A stretch of DNA of 64,000 bases, taken from the NCBI GenBank assembly GCA_041661545.1, contig JBAZUH010000001.1, positions 467,877 through 531,876 of the forward strand, given 5' to 3'. Source of the stretch: Candidatus Staskawiczbacteria bacterium (GTDB taxonomy: Bacteria; Patescibacteriota; Minisyncoccia; Minisyncoccales; Staskawiczbacteraceae). The position numbers and the translations under genes are program-made. Numbering within the stretch: position 1 is the stretch's first letter; every line of letters begins with the position of its first letter. The notes under the pieces were generated by a model. The model searched no databases. It saw only the letters and a program-made list of their open reading frames with translations, and was not told the DNA's origin. This document shows positions 39,953-49,303 of this stretch, piece after piece.

Positions 39953-41821
39953 ATGAAAAAAGTACAGACAAATTTACTTTTAAAAAATTTTATATTTGTT
40001 GTTTTAATAATTTTAGTTATTGGAGCAATTTTTAGTTTACTTTATTATCCTGCTACAACTCCCAACGAAATATCTATTACTAAATTAATATCTGATATAA
40101 ATAGCAATAATGTTAAAAAAATTACTACTGCAGGAGATGTTTTAAACATTACTTATACAGATGATAAAACTGCTACTTCATTAAAAGAATCTGGAGTTGG
40201 CATAACTGATTTATTAATAAATTTAAATGTTAATAAAGATAGCCTATCAAAAGTTGAAATATCAAACGAAGTTGCAAAAGAAGATTTATGGTCATGGCTA
40301 ACCCCCATTTTAATTTTTGGAATTTTGCCTTTAGTTGTGTTTGGATTCTTTTTCTGGACAATGATAAAACAAGCAAAAACAGGAGCTGGTCAAGCATTTG
40401 ATTTTACAAAAGCAAAAGCAAGATTATTTGGAGCCGAAGGTCATGGAAAAGAAAAAATAACCTTTAAAGATGTTGCAGGATTAAAAGAAGCAAAAGAAGA
40501 ATTAGTTGAAATTGTAGACTTTTTAAAATTTCCAAAAAAATATTTGGCAATGGGAGCTAAAATTCCAAGAGGAGTTTTGCTTGTAGGAAGTGCTGGAGTT
40601 GGAAAAACTTTATTGGCAAGGGCTGTTGCAGGAGAAGCTAATGTTCCCTTTTTATCAGTTTCGGGATCAGAGTTTGTAGAAATGTTTGTAGGTGTAGGTT
40701 CAGCCCGTGTAAGAGACTTATTTGCCACAGCAAAAAAATCTTCTCCTTCTATAATTTTTATTGACGAATTAGACGCAATAGGCAGACACAGAGGTGCAGG
40801 AATTGGCGGTGGCCACGACGAAAGAGAGCAAACTTTAAACCAAATTTTAGTTGAAATGGATGGTTTTGAAAAAGAAACAGGAGTTATAATTTTAGCTGCC
40901 ACAAACAGACCAGATATTTTAGACCCTGCCCTATTAAGACCAGGCAGGTTTGATAGAAAAATTGTTTTAGATCCACCAGATGTTCACGACAGAGAAGAAA
41001 TTTTAAAAATTCACTCAAAAGATAAACCTTTAGGAAAAGATATTAATTTTAAAGAAACCGCAGAAAGAACTCCTGGATTTTCTGGAGCTGATTTAGCAAA
41101 TGTTGCAAACGAAGCTGCTTTGTTAGCTGCCCGTCAAAATAAAACACAAATTGACCAAAGAGAATTTTTAGAAGCAATTGAAAAAGTTTTACTTGGACCA
41201 GAAAGAAAATCACATATTTTGTCTAAAAAAGAAAAAGAAATTACCGCTTACCACGAAGCAGGACACGCTTTAGTTTCTACATTTATGCCAGACACCGAGC
41301 CCGTAAGAAAAATATCTATTATTGCACGTGGCATGGCCGCAGGATATACATTGCAAGTTCCTTCAGAAGCTAGAAAAATGAAAACAAAAACTGGTTTTAT
41401 ATCAGAAATTGCCACACTTTTAGGAGGATGCTCAGCAGAAAAAATAAAATTTGGAGAAATGACAACAGGCGCTTCAAATGATTTGATGCGTGCTTCTGAA
41501 ATGGCCAGAAAATTAGTAAAAGAATACGGCATGTCTTCGCTAGGACTTATTGCATTTGGCGAAAAAGATGATATGGTATTTTTAGGAAGAGAAATTTCTG
41601 AACAAAGAAATTACTCTGAAAAAATTGCCGAAAGAATAGACAATGAAGTTGATATCATTATAAAAGAAGCTCAAAAACAAGCAGAAATAATTTTGATAAA
41701 GAATAAAGTATTATTAGAAAAAGTAGCAAAAGCATTGGTTGAAAAAGAAATAATAGAAAGAGAAGAATATGAAAAATTAGTAGGAAAAGTAGGCAATTTA
41801 AAAGACGGCAGAAAAGCCTAA
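39953..41821 (+). CDS. ftsH: ATP-dependent zinc metalloprotease FtsH
   Basis: AAA+ Walker [10 protein letters not shown], an SRH region and the HEAGHAL zinc motif, with two N-terminal TM helices. Confidence 0.95.
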   Translation: MKKVQTNLLLKNFIFVVLIILVIGAIFSLLYYPATTPNEISITKLISDINSNNVKKITTAGDVLNITYTDDKTATSLKESGVGITDLLINLNVNKDSLSKVEISNEVAKEDLWSWLTPILIFGILPLVVFGFFFWTMIKQAKTGAGQAFDFTKAKARLFGAEGHGKEKITFKDVAGLKEAKEELVEIVDFLKFPKKYLAMGAKIPRGVLLVGSAGVGKTLLARAVAGEANVPFLSVSGSEFVEMFVGVGSARVRDLFATAKKSSPSIIFIDELDAIGRHRGAGIGGGHDEREQTLNQILVEMDGFEKETGVIILAATNRPDILDPALLRPGRFDRKIVLDPPDVHDREEILKIHSKDKPLGKDINFKETAERTPGFSGADLANVANEAALLAARQNKTQIDQREFLEAIEKVLLGPERKSHILSKKEKEITAYHEAGHALVSTFMPDTEPVRKISIIARGMAAGYTLQVPSEARKMKTKTGFISEIATLLGGCSAEKIKFGEMTTGASNDLMRASEMARKLVKEYGMSSLGLIAFGEKDDMVFLGREISEQRNYSEKIAERIDNEVDIIIKEAQKQAEIILIKNKVLLEKVAKALVEKEIIEREEYEKLVGKVGNLKDGRKA

Positions 41822-41948
41822 ATTTATTTAGGCCAAGGGCGCATAGCTCCCGCCTTTGGCGAGGCTCGCCCCGCTTTGCAGGGCGGCAGTTGGCACCCTA
41901 AAGAATTTTAATAGCAATAAAAGCCGTATCTGATAAATATTCAAATAC

Positions 41949-42021
41949 GGGCGCATAGCTCAGTTGGTAGAGCGCGGAGCTTATACCTCCGTGGTCCTAG
42001 GTTCGAGTCCTAGTGCGCCCA
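41949..42021 (+). tRNA. tRNA-Ile(UAU)
   Basis: Acceptor GGGCGCA/TGCGCCC, anticodon stem-loop CGGAG-CTTATAC-CTCCG (anticodon TAT). Confidence 0.8.
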
Positions 42022-42032
42022 CTCGTTAATTC

Positions 42033-42105
42033 GGGCGGTTAGCTCAGTTGGTAGAGCATCTACTTGACGTGTAGAGGGTCATAGGTTCGAGTCCTATACC
42101 GCCCA
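42033..42105 (+). tRNA. tRNA-Val(GAC)
   Basis: Acceptor GGGCGGT/ACCGCCC, anticodon loop TTGACGT. Confidence 0.9.
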
Positions 42106-42107
42106 CA

Positions 42108-42812
42108 ATGGATATAAAAATAATTTATGAAGATAGCAATGTTTTAGTTGTTGATAAACCAGCAGGAATTGTTGTATTTCCAGAAGGCAAAACTACCGAA
42201 TATACACTAATTGATGAGCTAGTTAAACAATTTCCTAAACTAAAAGATGTTGGAGAAACACCTAGATATGGAATTGTGCACAGATTAGATAAAGACACTT
42301 CGGGGGTTTTATTAGTGGCAAAATCGGGACAGGGCTTGATTTTTTTGCAAAAACAGTTTAAAAATAGAGAGGTAGAAAAGAAATATGTTTGTTTGGTAGA
42401 AGGGGTCATAAAAACTGATTCTGGAAGAATTGAAACATTAATAGGCAGGGCTCCTGGTGACAAAAGAAAACAAAAAGCTTATTCCCTGGGCGATCCCAAC
42501 CCTATTGGAAAACGAGACGCAATTACAAAATATAAAGTTTTAAATCGCTATCAAGACTACACATTGTTAGAAGTTGAAATTAAAACAGGTAGACGTCACC
42601 AAATAAGGTGTCATTTTTCTTATTTACAGCACCCAATTGTAGGAGATAAATTATACGCTTTTAAAAATTCGAAAATCCCGGCAGGACTAACAAGACAATT
42701 TTTACACTCGGCATATTTAAAAATCCAATTGCCAAGCGAAGAAACTAAAGAGTTTAAGTCAGAACTGCCAGAAGAATTAGAACAAGTAATTAATAATTTA
42801 GTGAAACAATAA
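42108..42812 (+). CDS. RluA/RluD-family pseudouridine synthase (no S4 domain)
   Basis: [15 protein letters not shown] and KTGRRHQIR. The ATG lies 2 nt after the tRNA-Val end. Confidence 0.9.
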   Translation: MDIKIIYEDSNVLVVDKPAGIVVFPEGKTTEYTLIDELVKQFPKLKDVGETPRYGIVHRLDKDTSGVLLVAKSGQGLIFLQKQFKNREVEKKYVCLVEGVIKTDSGRIETLIGRAPGDKRKQKAYSLGDPNPIGKRDAITKYKVLNRYQDYTLLEVEIKTGRRHQIRCHFSYLQHPIVGDKLYAFKNSKIPAGLTRQFLHSAYLKIQLPSEETKEFKSELPEELEQVINNLVKQ

Positions 42813-42816
42813 TATT

Positions 42817-43275
42817 ATGACAACATTATTAGAAAAATTTAATAAAGACCAAGAGAAAAAAGTTCCAGATTTAAAACCTGGCGATACAATTAAAGTACAC
42901 CAAAAAATTAAAGATGGCGACAAAGAAAGAATCCAAATATTTGAAGGAATAATTATTGCTAAAAAACATGGCAAAGGAATTTCTGGCACAATAACTGTTA
43001 GAAAAGTTGTTGATGGTGTTGGAGTTGAAAGAATTTTTCCAATTAACTCCCCTGCTATAGAAAAAATAGAAGTTGTAAGACATGGAAAAGTAAGAAGATC
43101 AAAACTTTATTACTTAAGAACAGCCAAAGGTAAAAAAGCAAAATTAAAGAGAAAAGATTTTGCAGCAGCAATTGCTCCAGAGCCCGAACAAAATTCTTTA
43201 GATGCTGAAACCAACGAAGAGCCAGCTGTTTCTGAAAAAACTGAAACAACCGAAACAAAAGAAGTAGCAGAATAG
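42817..43275 (+). CDS. rplS: 50S ribosomal protein L19 with an acidic C-terminal extension
   Basis: [31 protein letters not shown]...[10 protein letters not shown]. Confidence 0.95.
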   Translation: MTTLLEKFNKDQEKKVPDLKPGDTIKVHQKIKDGDKERIQIFEGIIIAKKHGKGISGTITVRKVVDGVGVERIFPINSPAIEKIEVVRHGKVRRSKLYYLRTAKGKKAKLKRKDFAAAIAPEPEQNSLDAETNEEPAVSEKTETTETKEVAE

Positions 43276-43341
43276 AATATTGCTTTTACAAACAATATGG
43301 CGGACTTTGTCTCGCCGTAGGTTCGCTACGGCGAACCGTAG

Positions 43342-43422
43342 GCGGACGTGGCGAAATGGCATACGCACTACCTTGAGGTGGTAGCGCCGCAAGGCATGAG
43401 GGTTCGACTCCCTCCGTCCGCA
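43342..43422 (+). tRNA. tRNA-Leu(GAG)
   Basis: Acceptor GCGGACG/CGTCCGC, anticodon stem-loop CTACC-TTGAGGT-GGTAG, long variable arm. Confidence 0.9.
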
Positions 43423-43447
43423 CAAGGACATATTGCCATGCCTTTTA

Positions 43448-43520
43448 GGACGATTAGCTCAGTTGGTAGAGCATCTCATTTACACTGAGAGGGTCACAGG
43501 TTCGAGTCCTGTATCGTCCA
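43448..43520 (+). tRNA. tRNA-Val(UAC)
   Basis: Acceptor GGACGAT/ATCGTCC, anticodon loop TTTACAC. Confidence 0.9.
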
Positions 43521-43555
43521 CACTTCCTGCATCAGTGCAGGCACAAATAAAAAGC

Positions 43556-43630
43556 GCCGGGGTAGCTCAGTGGTAGAGCACTGCTCTGAAAAAGCAGTGG
43601 TCGAAGGTCCGATTCCTTTCCCCGGCACCA
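43556..43630 (+). tRNA. tRNA-Phe(GAA), CCA encoded
   Basis: Acceptor GCCGGGG/CCCCGGC, anticodon loop CTGAAAA, T-loop TCCGATT. Confidence 0.9.
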
Positions 43631-43689
43631 TGTGATTATCGCCTTCGCAAATTCTGGCGGGCTTTGCCCGCCGAAGCTAGCAAGCGTAG

Positions 43690-43761
43690 GCGGGTGTCGT
43701 ATAGTGGCTATTATGTAACCTTGCCAAGGTTAAGACGGCAGTTCGATTCTGCTCACCCGCT
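43690..43761 (+). tRNA. tRNA-Gly(GCC)
   Basis: Acceptor GCGGGTG/CACCCGC, anticodon stem-loop TAACC-TTGCCAA-GGTTA. Confidence 0.9.
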
Positions 43762-43762
43762 C

Positions 43763-43925
43763 AAAGAAAAAAATCCAGAGTATTTCTGGTTTTTTTTATT
43801 TGATTGAGCAGAATCGAACTGCAGGATGGGGTCGGGAAGGAGACATCCTTCCCGTATAGGAAATTATTCAAAACCGAGGGTTTTGAAAGAGCGAAGCGAC
43901 AAGTTCCATTTCTGCTCACCCGCTC
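43763..43925 (-). mobile_element. Miniature insertion bounded by a 16-nt direct repeat of the tRNA-Gly(GCC) 3' end; conserved structured core, copy A
   Basis: TTCTGCTCACCCGCTC occurs at 43747..43762 and 43910..43925. The interior holds a terminator hairpin, an inverted T-arm fragment (43805..43824), hairpin CGGGAAGGAgacaTCCTTCCCG (43833..43854) and hairpin TTCAAAACCgagGGTTTTGAA (43867..43887). Confidence 0.6.
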
Positions 43926-44007
43926 CAATAAAAACCGCCTAATTTTAGGCGGTTTTTTGTTGTTTTTGTCCACTTGACAGCTGACCATATTTTATGTTGT
44001 AACTATT

Positions 44008-44041
44008 GACACAGAGCCCTTTCTATGCTAATATATACCCA
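44008..44041 (+). promoter_or_regulatory. Putative promoter of the 3D-domain gene
   Basis: TTGACA, a 17-nt spacer, then TAATAT. An SD-like AAGGGAG lies upstream of the ATG at 44067. Confidence 0.55.
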
Positions 44042-44066
44042 TACTTCCGAAAGGGAGTTTTTAATT

Positions 44067-44561
44067 ATGAATACATTAAAACACGTAAAAAATAGCCTTG
44101 CTTTAGTGGTCAAAACCCGCTTAGCTGGCTCTATATTTGCAAGCATTGTAATTGCTATTTGCGCTGTAGGCATAATCTTGCCTCAAGCCATATATGCTGA
44201 CCCTGCCAATACAGCAAGCGCTTCTTATGTGGCAAAAAATAGTAATGAGATAAAATCAAATGCTATTAAAACTATCAAGGTTAAGGTTACTGCTTATTCA
44301 AGCACTGCAGACCAAACTGATGATACTCCCTTTATAACCGCCTCAGGTAAAAGGGTAAAAGATGGTATAATAGCAAACAACTTATTACCTTTTGGAACAA
44401 AAATTAAAATTCCAAAATTATATGGTGATAAAATATTTACCGTGCAAGATAGAATGAATAAAAAGAAAGGCAACTTCCATATAGATATATGGATGCCAAC
44501 TAGAGGATTGGCACTTAACTTTGGATCCAAAACTGCTGAGATATTAGTTCTAGCAGATTAA
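44067..44561 (+). CDS. 3D-domain (MltA/RlpA-like fold) secreted cell-wall protein
   Basis: VTAYSSTADQTDDTPFITASGKRVKDGIIANNLLPFGTKIKIP...FTVQDRMNKKKGNFHIDIWM. The start is set at MNTLKHV because the upstream ATG at 44025 lies inside the promoter. Confidence 0.8.
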   Translation: MNTLKHVKNSLALVVKTRLAGSIFASIVIAICAVGIILPQAIYADPANTASASYVAKNSNEIKSNAIKTIKVKVTAYSSTADQTDDTPFITASGKRVKDGIIANNLLPFGTKIKIPKLYGDKIFTVQDRMNKKKGNFHIDIWMPTRGLALNFGSKTAEILVLAD

Positions 44562-44608
44562 GCAATAAACAAAAAACACCCCGACTTGCGTCGTGGGTGT
44601 TTTTTTAT

Positions 44609-44776
44609 GTGCCCGAGGCGGGACCGCTACGCTAGAACCCGTCGCTCTGCTCCTTCAAAACCCTCGGTTTTGAATAATTTCCTACACGGGAGGAAATGCT
44701 TTCCTCCCGACCCCTCCTTGGGGTTCGACTCCCGCACATTTAAAAAGAACACTATAAATAGTGTTCTTTTTTAATG
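44609..44776 (+). mobile_element. Miniature insertion bounded by a 15-nt direct repeat of the tRNA-Leu(UAA) 3' end; conserved structured core, copy B
   Basis: GTGCCCGAGGCGGGA occurs at 44609..44623 and 44777..44791. Hairpins TTCAAAACCctcGGTTTTGAA (44654..44674) and CGGGAGGAAAtgcTTTCCTCCCG (44687..44709), a T-arm fragment at 44720..44737 and a terminator hairpin at 44741..44773. Confidence 0.6.
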
Positions 44777-44860
44777 GTGCCCGAGGCGGGAGTCGAACCC
44801 ACATGAACTTTCGCTCAAAGGATTTTAAGTCCTTCGTGTATACCATTCCACCACTCGGGC
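44775..44860 (-). tRNA. tRNA-Leu(UAA), CCA encoded
   Basis: Acceptor GCCCGAG/CTCGGGC, anticodon stem-loop AAGGA-CTTAAAA-TCCTT, long variable arm. Confidence 0.9.
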
Positions 44861-44877
44861 ATAAATTTTCAATTGTG

Positions 44878-44949
44878 AGGCCGAGGCGGGAATTGAACCC
44901 ACGTATAAGGGATTTGCAGTCCCTTGCATTACCACTTTGCTACTCGGCC
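44878..44949 (-). tRNA. tRNA-Cys(GCA)
   Basis: Acceptor GGCCGAG/CTCGGCC, anticodon stem-loop AGGGA-CTGCAAA-TCCCT. Confidence 0.9.
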
Positions 44950-44973
44950 ATTAAATATAATTTACCAGTTTTT

Positions 44974-45333
44974 TTATTCTTTTTCAATATCTAAATACTT
45001 ACTATCTTTTGCAAGCAGCTCTTCAATTCTGGCGGCACTAGCAATTTCTTTTTCTTTTATAAATCTTATTTTAGGAATTGGTCGCATTTTCAAAATTCTG
45101 TTTATTTCATATTGGATATCATAAACTGATTTTTGTAATGCATTTAAAATTCCGTCTAATTTTTCTTCAGGAAAAACAGAAATATATGCTTTAGCATCTA
45201 TCATATTTGAAGAAGTTTCAACCCTAGTTAAAGTAACTAAAATATCTGGCGCAAAAGTAAAGTCCCTGCGGATAATTTTCCCCACTTCATGTTCTAACAA
45301 TGAATTTACTTTTTCAACTCTATTCGTTGACAT
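44974..45333 (-). CDS. rbfA: Ribosome-binding factor A
   Basis: MSTNRVEKVNSLLEHEVGKIIRRD...LTRVETSSNMIDAKAYISV. The start is set at cat 45331..45333. Confidence 0.85.
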   Translation of the reverse strand: MSTNRVEKVNSLLEHEVGKIIRRDFTFAPDILVTLTRVETSSNMIDAKAYISVFPEEKLDGILNALQKSVYDIQYEINRILKMRPIPKIRFIKEKEIASAARIEELLAKDSKYLDIEKE

Positions 45334-45399
45334 TTTATTTATTATTTTATATTGTATAATTAGCTTCATTAACAATCAATTGCAGAAAGAACCACGCTC

Positions 45400-45645
45400 A
45401 TGTCACTCACCATAGAAGACATCAAGACCATTGCAAAAGAAGTTATTTCTCCAGTTCACCCACTTAGGGGGTGTTCGCTGATTGATCCACCCTTGTGCCT
45501 GCGTTGTCAAAAAAAATATGCTAGCGCCGTTAAAAGGGGTGACATTGTCCATGTGGACATCTTTGATCCTGACCAATCACCCCACGCTGTCCATCTTATG
45601 GAAAAAAGCATCTGGGCCCCAGTTGAAAACTTCGAGCTTACGTAA
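45400..45645 (+). CDS. Hypothetical small protein (81 aa), mid-GC orphan
   Basis: The ORF is visibly GC-richer than its flanks and is followed by its own terminator and hairpin repeat R5. It contains a CSLIDPPLCLRC cluster. Confidence 0.45.
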   Translation: MSLTIEDIKTIAKEVISPVHPLRGCSLIDPPLCLRCQKKYASAVKRGDIVHVDIFDPDQSPHAVHLMEKSIWAPVENFELT

Positions 45646-45652
45646 TCCTTTG

Positions 45653-45679
45653 TCCAGGCACATTGTCTGGATTTTTTTT
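45653..45679 (+). terminator. Intrinsic terminator
   Basis: TCCAGgcacattgtCTGGA followed by T8. Confidence 0.75.
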
Positions 45680-45740
45680 AAATGAATATCCCCAAAAATA
45701 GCGCTTTTCGTCACGAAAAGTGCTACCATTTTTGAGGGAT
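45680..45740 (+). repeat. Bulged hairpin repeat R5 (subfamily A)
   Basis: aaatgaatATCCCCAAAAATAGCGCTTTTCGtcaCGAAAAGTGCTAccaTTTTTGaGGGAT. Confidence 0.85.
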
Positions 45741-45743
45741 GCT

Positions 45744-47264
45744 TTAAAGTTCTCCTTTTTTACGTTCTTCAATATAAGCTACTATAATATCTCCTTTTTC
45801 AATTTTTATATTACCCTCAAAAAGTATTCCTGCTTCGTCACCCTTTCTAAGTTTGTCTATATCTTTTTTATCACGTTGTAAATTAATTATTCTTCCCGAA
45901 CCCACTTTTATGCTCTCTCTCATAACTTCTAATTTTAAACCTTTTTTAAATTCTCCTTCTGTAATTTTTCCTCCCACAATTTGTCTATTTTTTTCTCCCC
46001 AAAAAACTAATATTGTTCTTAGTTTTCCAACATCTGTTCTTACAATTTCTGCTTCTAATGTTTTTTCTAAACTATTTCTTACGTCTTGTATTAACTCATA
46101 AATTACACTAAAGGTTTTAATTCTCAATTTTTTTTCTGTATCATTTTTCATAAACTGCACAACTGTTGGGCTAATTTTAACCCTAAAACCAATTATTATA
46201 GATTTCGACATCTCAGCTAATTTTGCGTCAGATTCTGAAATATCTCCAACTTCTGATTTTAAAATACGCAAAATAACTTTATCTTGAGGAAGACTTTTTA
46301 ACATAGCCTCAACTGCTTCTAATGAACCAAAAACGTCTCCTTTAACAATTATATTTAAAACTTTTTTGTTGGGATCATTATCTAAAACAGTCTGGCCAAT
46401 TTCTCTTTTAGGAGCTTCTTTTTTTATGTTAGCTAAAGCTTCTTCTGCAGTTTTGTAGCTCTTAAATTTTTCTCCTACTGCAGGCACAGACTCAAAACCT
46501 AAAATAATAACAGGTTGCGAAGGATGAGCTTCTTTTATGGGCAACCACTTAAAATCTTCTAAATGTTTTACTTTAGCCATGGCTAAATCTGTAGCAATAA
46601 TATCTTTATCTCTTAAAATACCTTTTGTTACAATAGCAGTTGCTATGGGCCCTTTTTTACCATCCATATAAGACTCAATAATTAAGCCTTGTGCTGGCAC
46701 ATCTATTTCAGCTTTCAATTCTTGTAATTCAGCCACCAATAATATAACTTCTAATAATTCATCAATTCCTGTTTTTTCTTTTGCCGAAACTTCTACCGAT
46801 GGTATTTTACCACCAAAAGATTCTACTAAAACATCTATTTTAGATAATTCTCCAATTATTTTTTGGGGGTTAGCATTGGGTAAATCAATTTTATTTAAAA
46901 CAACAATCATAGGAATTTCAGCCCTTTTTATAGCCATTATTGCCTCTTTTGTTTGCGGTTGCACACTTTGAGCTGCATCTACCACTAACAATGCAATATC
47001 AGCCACTTCGGCGCCTCTGGCACGCATTGCAGAAAATGCTTCGTGCCCAGGAGTATCAATAAACGTTATTTTGTGCCCCTTGTCTTCCACCTCATAAGCT
47101 CCAATATGTTGGGTAATTCCACCCGACTCTTTTGCAGTTATTTTAAAATCTCTTATAGCTTCCAAAAGCGAACTTTTTCCGTGGTCAACATGCCCCAAAA
47201 CAACCACCACCGGTGGTCGAGATTGTAAATTCTCTTTATTTTTTGGTTGTTTTTTTGCTACCAT
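45744..47264 (-). CDS. infB: Translation initiation factor IF-2 (short N-terminus)
   Basis: VVVVLGHVDHGKSSLLEAIR, DTPGHEAF and LNKID, with the C-terminal IF-2 domains. Confidence 0.95.
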   Translation of the reverse strand: MVAKKQPKNKENLQSRPPVVVVLGHVDHGKSSLLEAIRDFKITAKESGGITQHIGAYEVEDKGHKITFIDTPGHEAFSAMRARGAEVADIALLVVDAAQSVQPQTKEAIMAIKRAEIPMIVVLNKIDLPNANPQKIIGELSKIDVLVESFGGKIPSVEVSAKEKTGIDELLEVILLVAELQELKAEIDVPAQGLIIESYMDGKKGPIATAIVTKGILRDKDIIATDLAMAKVKHLEDFKWLPIKEAHPSQPVIILGFESVPAVGEKFKSYKTAEEALANIKKEAPKREIGQTVLDNDPNKKVLNIIVKGDVFGSLEAVEAMLKSLPQDKVILRILKSEVGDISESDAKLAEMSKSIIIGFRVKISPTVVQFMKNDTEKKLRIKTFSVIYELIQDVRNSLEKTLEAEIVRTDVGKLRTILVFWGEKNRQIVGGKITEGEFKKGLKLEVMRESIKVGSGRIINLQRDKKDIDKLRKGDEAGILFEGNIKIEKGDIIVAYIEERKKGEL

Positions 47265-47282
47265 ATTATTCTAAAACTAATT

Positions 47283-47747
47283 TTAACCTCTAATTGCCTT
47301 ATTGACTGCTTCTACTTCTTCTTCAGAAAGTGTATGATCTGATTTTCCCTGCTTTATAGACTTGGCATAAACTCTATTGCTATCGTTTACAAATAAACTA
47401 GAAATTATAAACCCATTATTTTTATTATCTAACATAGCCACAATAAAGCTTTGATTTCCACCCATATTATTAAAAGGATTAAATCTTACTACACCTACTT
47501 TTCTTATGGTAATTTCCGATATATTTTCTAAATTTTTAATTTTTAAAAAAGCCTCTTTGATCTGCTCTTCAAGGCTGTCATTTTTATTCTTTTGTGATAA
47601 AAAAACTTCTTTAAATTCTTTAATTTTCCCTTTTTCCAATAAATTATCAATTTGTTTAGTGGTTCTGTAGAAATAAGTAAGCAAAAAGATATTAACTATT
47701 AACATAGCTACTCCCAATATAATTAAAAAAATAAGGAGAATATCCAT
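47283..47747 (-). CDS. DUF4446-like membrane-anchored protein
   Basis: N-terminal TM helix, then VGVVRFNPFNNMGGNQSFIVAMLDNKNNGFIISSL...VYAKSI. The start is set at MDILLIF. Confidence 0.65.
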   Translation of the reverse strand: MDILLIFLIILGVAMLIVNIFLLTYFYRTTKQIDNLLEKGKIKEFKEVFLSQKNKNDSLEEQIKEAFLKIKNLENISEITIRKVGVVRFNPFNNMGGNQSFIVAMLDNKNNGFIISSLFVNDSNRVYAKSIKQGKSDHTLSEEEVEAVNKAIRG

Positions 47748-47792
47748 ATTTGATATAATACAACAAATTTGATAAAACTTCAACCCCTAAAT

Positions 47793-48806
47793 TTATTTTA
47801 ACGTAGCCCAAATTTCAGGGTCTTCTACGCCTAAAACCCATGCTGAGAAACCTCTAAAGTTGTTTTGCTTTGTAATATCTAGTTTATTTTGAAAGCTTTG
47901 TTTATCTTGATACCAAAGCTTATATTGTCTGTCTTGCCAAAAATATGTTAACCAAGATGCTCCCAAAGAAGCGTCGTAACCTTTACTATGTTGAAAATTA
48001 TTCATTATGCCCGACAATCTACTATAAGACCCAGATGCTGTTATTTTTTTAAATGGATCTGTGCTCCACCCCCAATAATATAAGGGTATTCCAAACGATA
48101 ACTTATGAGATGGAATTTTATTTTTTACATAAGCTAAAACATTATTAATAAATGGCAAAGAAGCTACGGGCCCTATAGAGCTAGGGTCGTCATAGGTCAT
48201 TAAACTTATAAAATCAACTGCCTCAGCTAGCCTTGCATAATCAAAAACTCCACTCCAATTTTTAAAAGCAACTGTATTTTCATAATCTACATATCTAGAC
48301 ACAACAGCCACACTCAAAATTAAATTATTTTTATGAAAAGCTTTGGCTGTTTTTTCAACAAACGCAGAATATAAATCTTTATCTTTATAACTTATATTTT
48401 CAAAATCAAACTGCCAACCAATATATTTTTCTTTTTTAGCTATATCAACCAAAGATTTAATTATCTTGTCTTGTGCCTTAGGAGATTTTAATAAATTGTG
48501 AATAACACTTTGTTTAAATCCAGCATTAGCCACCAAAGGCATTACCTTTAAATTTTTATTTTTAACTTGAGCCTGTTGAATAGTCTTTTTTAAATTATCA
48601 TCCAAACCACCCTCTAATTTTAAACTACTAGAAACTCCATAAAATTGCGGAGCTATAATATCAATTTTATCTGCATTCTTTTCTAAACTAATAATCCCCT
48701 CTTTTTCCTTTAGGTTAGACATATAAAATATATTCTCTCTAGCCAAACCAGAAAACGGTATCGCAAATAATACAAAAAATAAAATTAAAATAAAATATTT
48801 CTTCAT
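47793..48806 (-). CDS. Glycoside hydrolase family 18-like secreted protein
   Basis: Signal peptide. YIGWQFDFENIS matches the GH18 DxxDxDxE region. TIM-barrel-sized. Confidence 0.7.
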   Translation of the reverse strand: MKKYFILILFFVLFAIPFSGLARENIFYMSNLKEKEGIISLEKNADKIDIIAPQFYGVSSSLKLEGGLDDNLKKTIQQAQVKNKNLKVMPLVANAGFKQSVIHNLLKSPKAQDKIIKSLVDIAKKEKYIGWQFDFENISYKDKDLYSAFVEKTAKAFHKNNLILSVAVVSRYVDYENTVAFKNWSGVFDYARLAEAVDFISLMTYDDPSSIGPVASLPFINNVLAYVKNKIPSHKLSFGIPLYYWGWSTDPFKKITASGSYSRLSGIMNNFQHSKGYDASLGASWLTYFWQDRQYKLWYQDKQSFQNKLDITKQNNFRGFSAWVLGVEDPEIWATLK

Positions 48807-48901
48807 ACTTATATTATACTAAAAAATCGCCAGCTAGGCGAATCATTGAGCTTCTCAACAGTTTATGATAATATTTTTATAGAACCTTTCCAACTGACAT
48901 C

Positions 48902-49303
48902 ATGAAAATTATCGTCAAATTCTGTCTTGCGGGCATACCGGGGGTAATTTTATACTACCTGGTCCTATGGGCACTAACTGATCTGATGGGTCTTTGGTAT
49001 ATGTTTTCAGCTATTATAGCTTCCATAATCAACCATACATCCAATTTTATTCTTCAAAAAATTTGGACATTCGAAAATAAAAACATCAAACATATTCACA
49101 AACAGGCCGTTAAATATTTCTTACTAGCCTTGTTTCAATTTACAACTAACCTAGTTTTGCTCAACAGACTGGTTGAGTGCTTACACCTTTGGTACCTCGC
49201 CGCCCAGGCCATAGTCACCGTGGTACTAACAATAACTAGCTTCATCATCTCAAAGAAAATTTTCAACCACCAGCCTCAATTGCTAAATTCCATCAGTAGT
49301 TGA
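48902..49303 (+). CDS. GtrA-family small membrane protein
   Basis: Four TM helices and the GtrA-like motif NFILQKIWTF. Confidence 0.7.
   Translation: MKIIVKFCLAGIPGVILYYLVLWALTDLMGLWYMFSAIIASIINHTSNFILQKIWTFENKNIKHIHKQAVKYFLLALFQFTTNLVLLNRLVECLHLWYLAAQAIVTVVLTITSFIISKKIFNHQPQLLNSISS

Noticed and set aside
43761-44774. Two small ORFs (43761..43988 - and 44586..44774 +) sharing the peptide SKPSVLNNFL, considered as paralogous small proteins
   Set aside because: The shared peptide is the translation of the conserved hairpin core. The differences between copies are compensatory in stems, which indicates RNA/DNA structure rather than protein. The ORFs also run through tRNA fragments and terminators.
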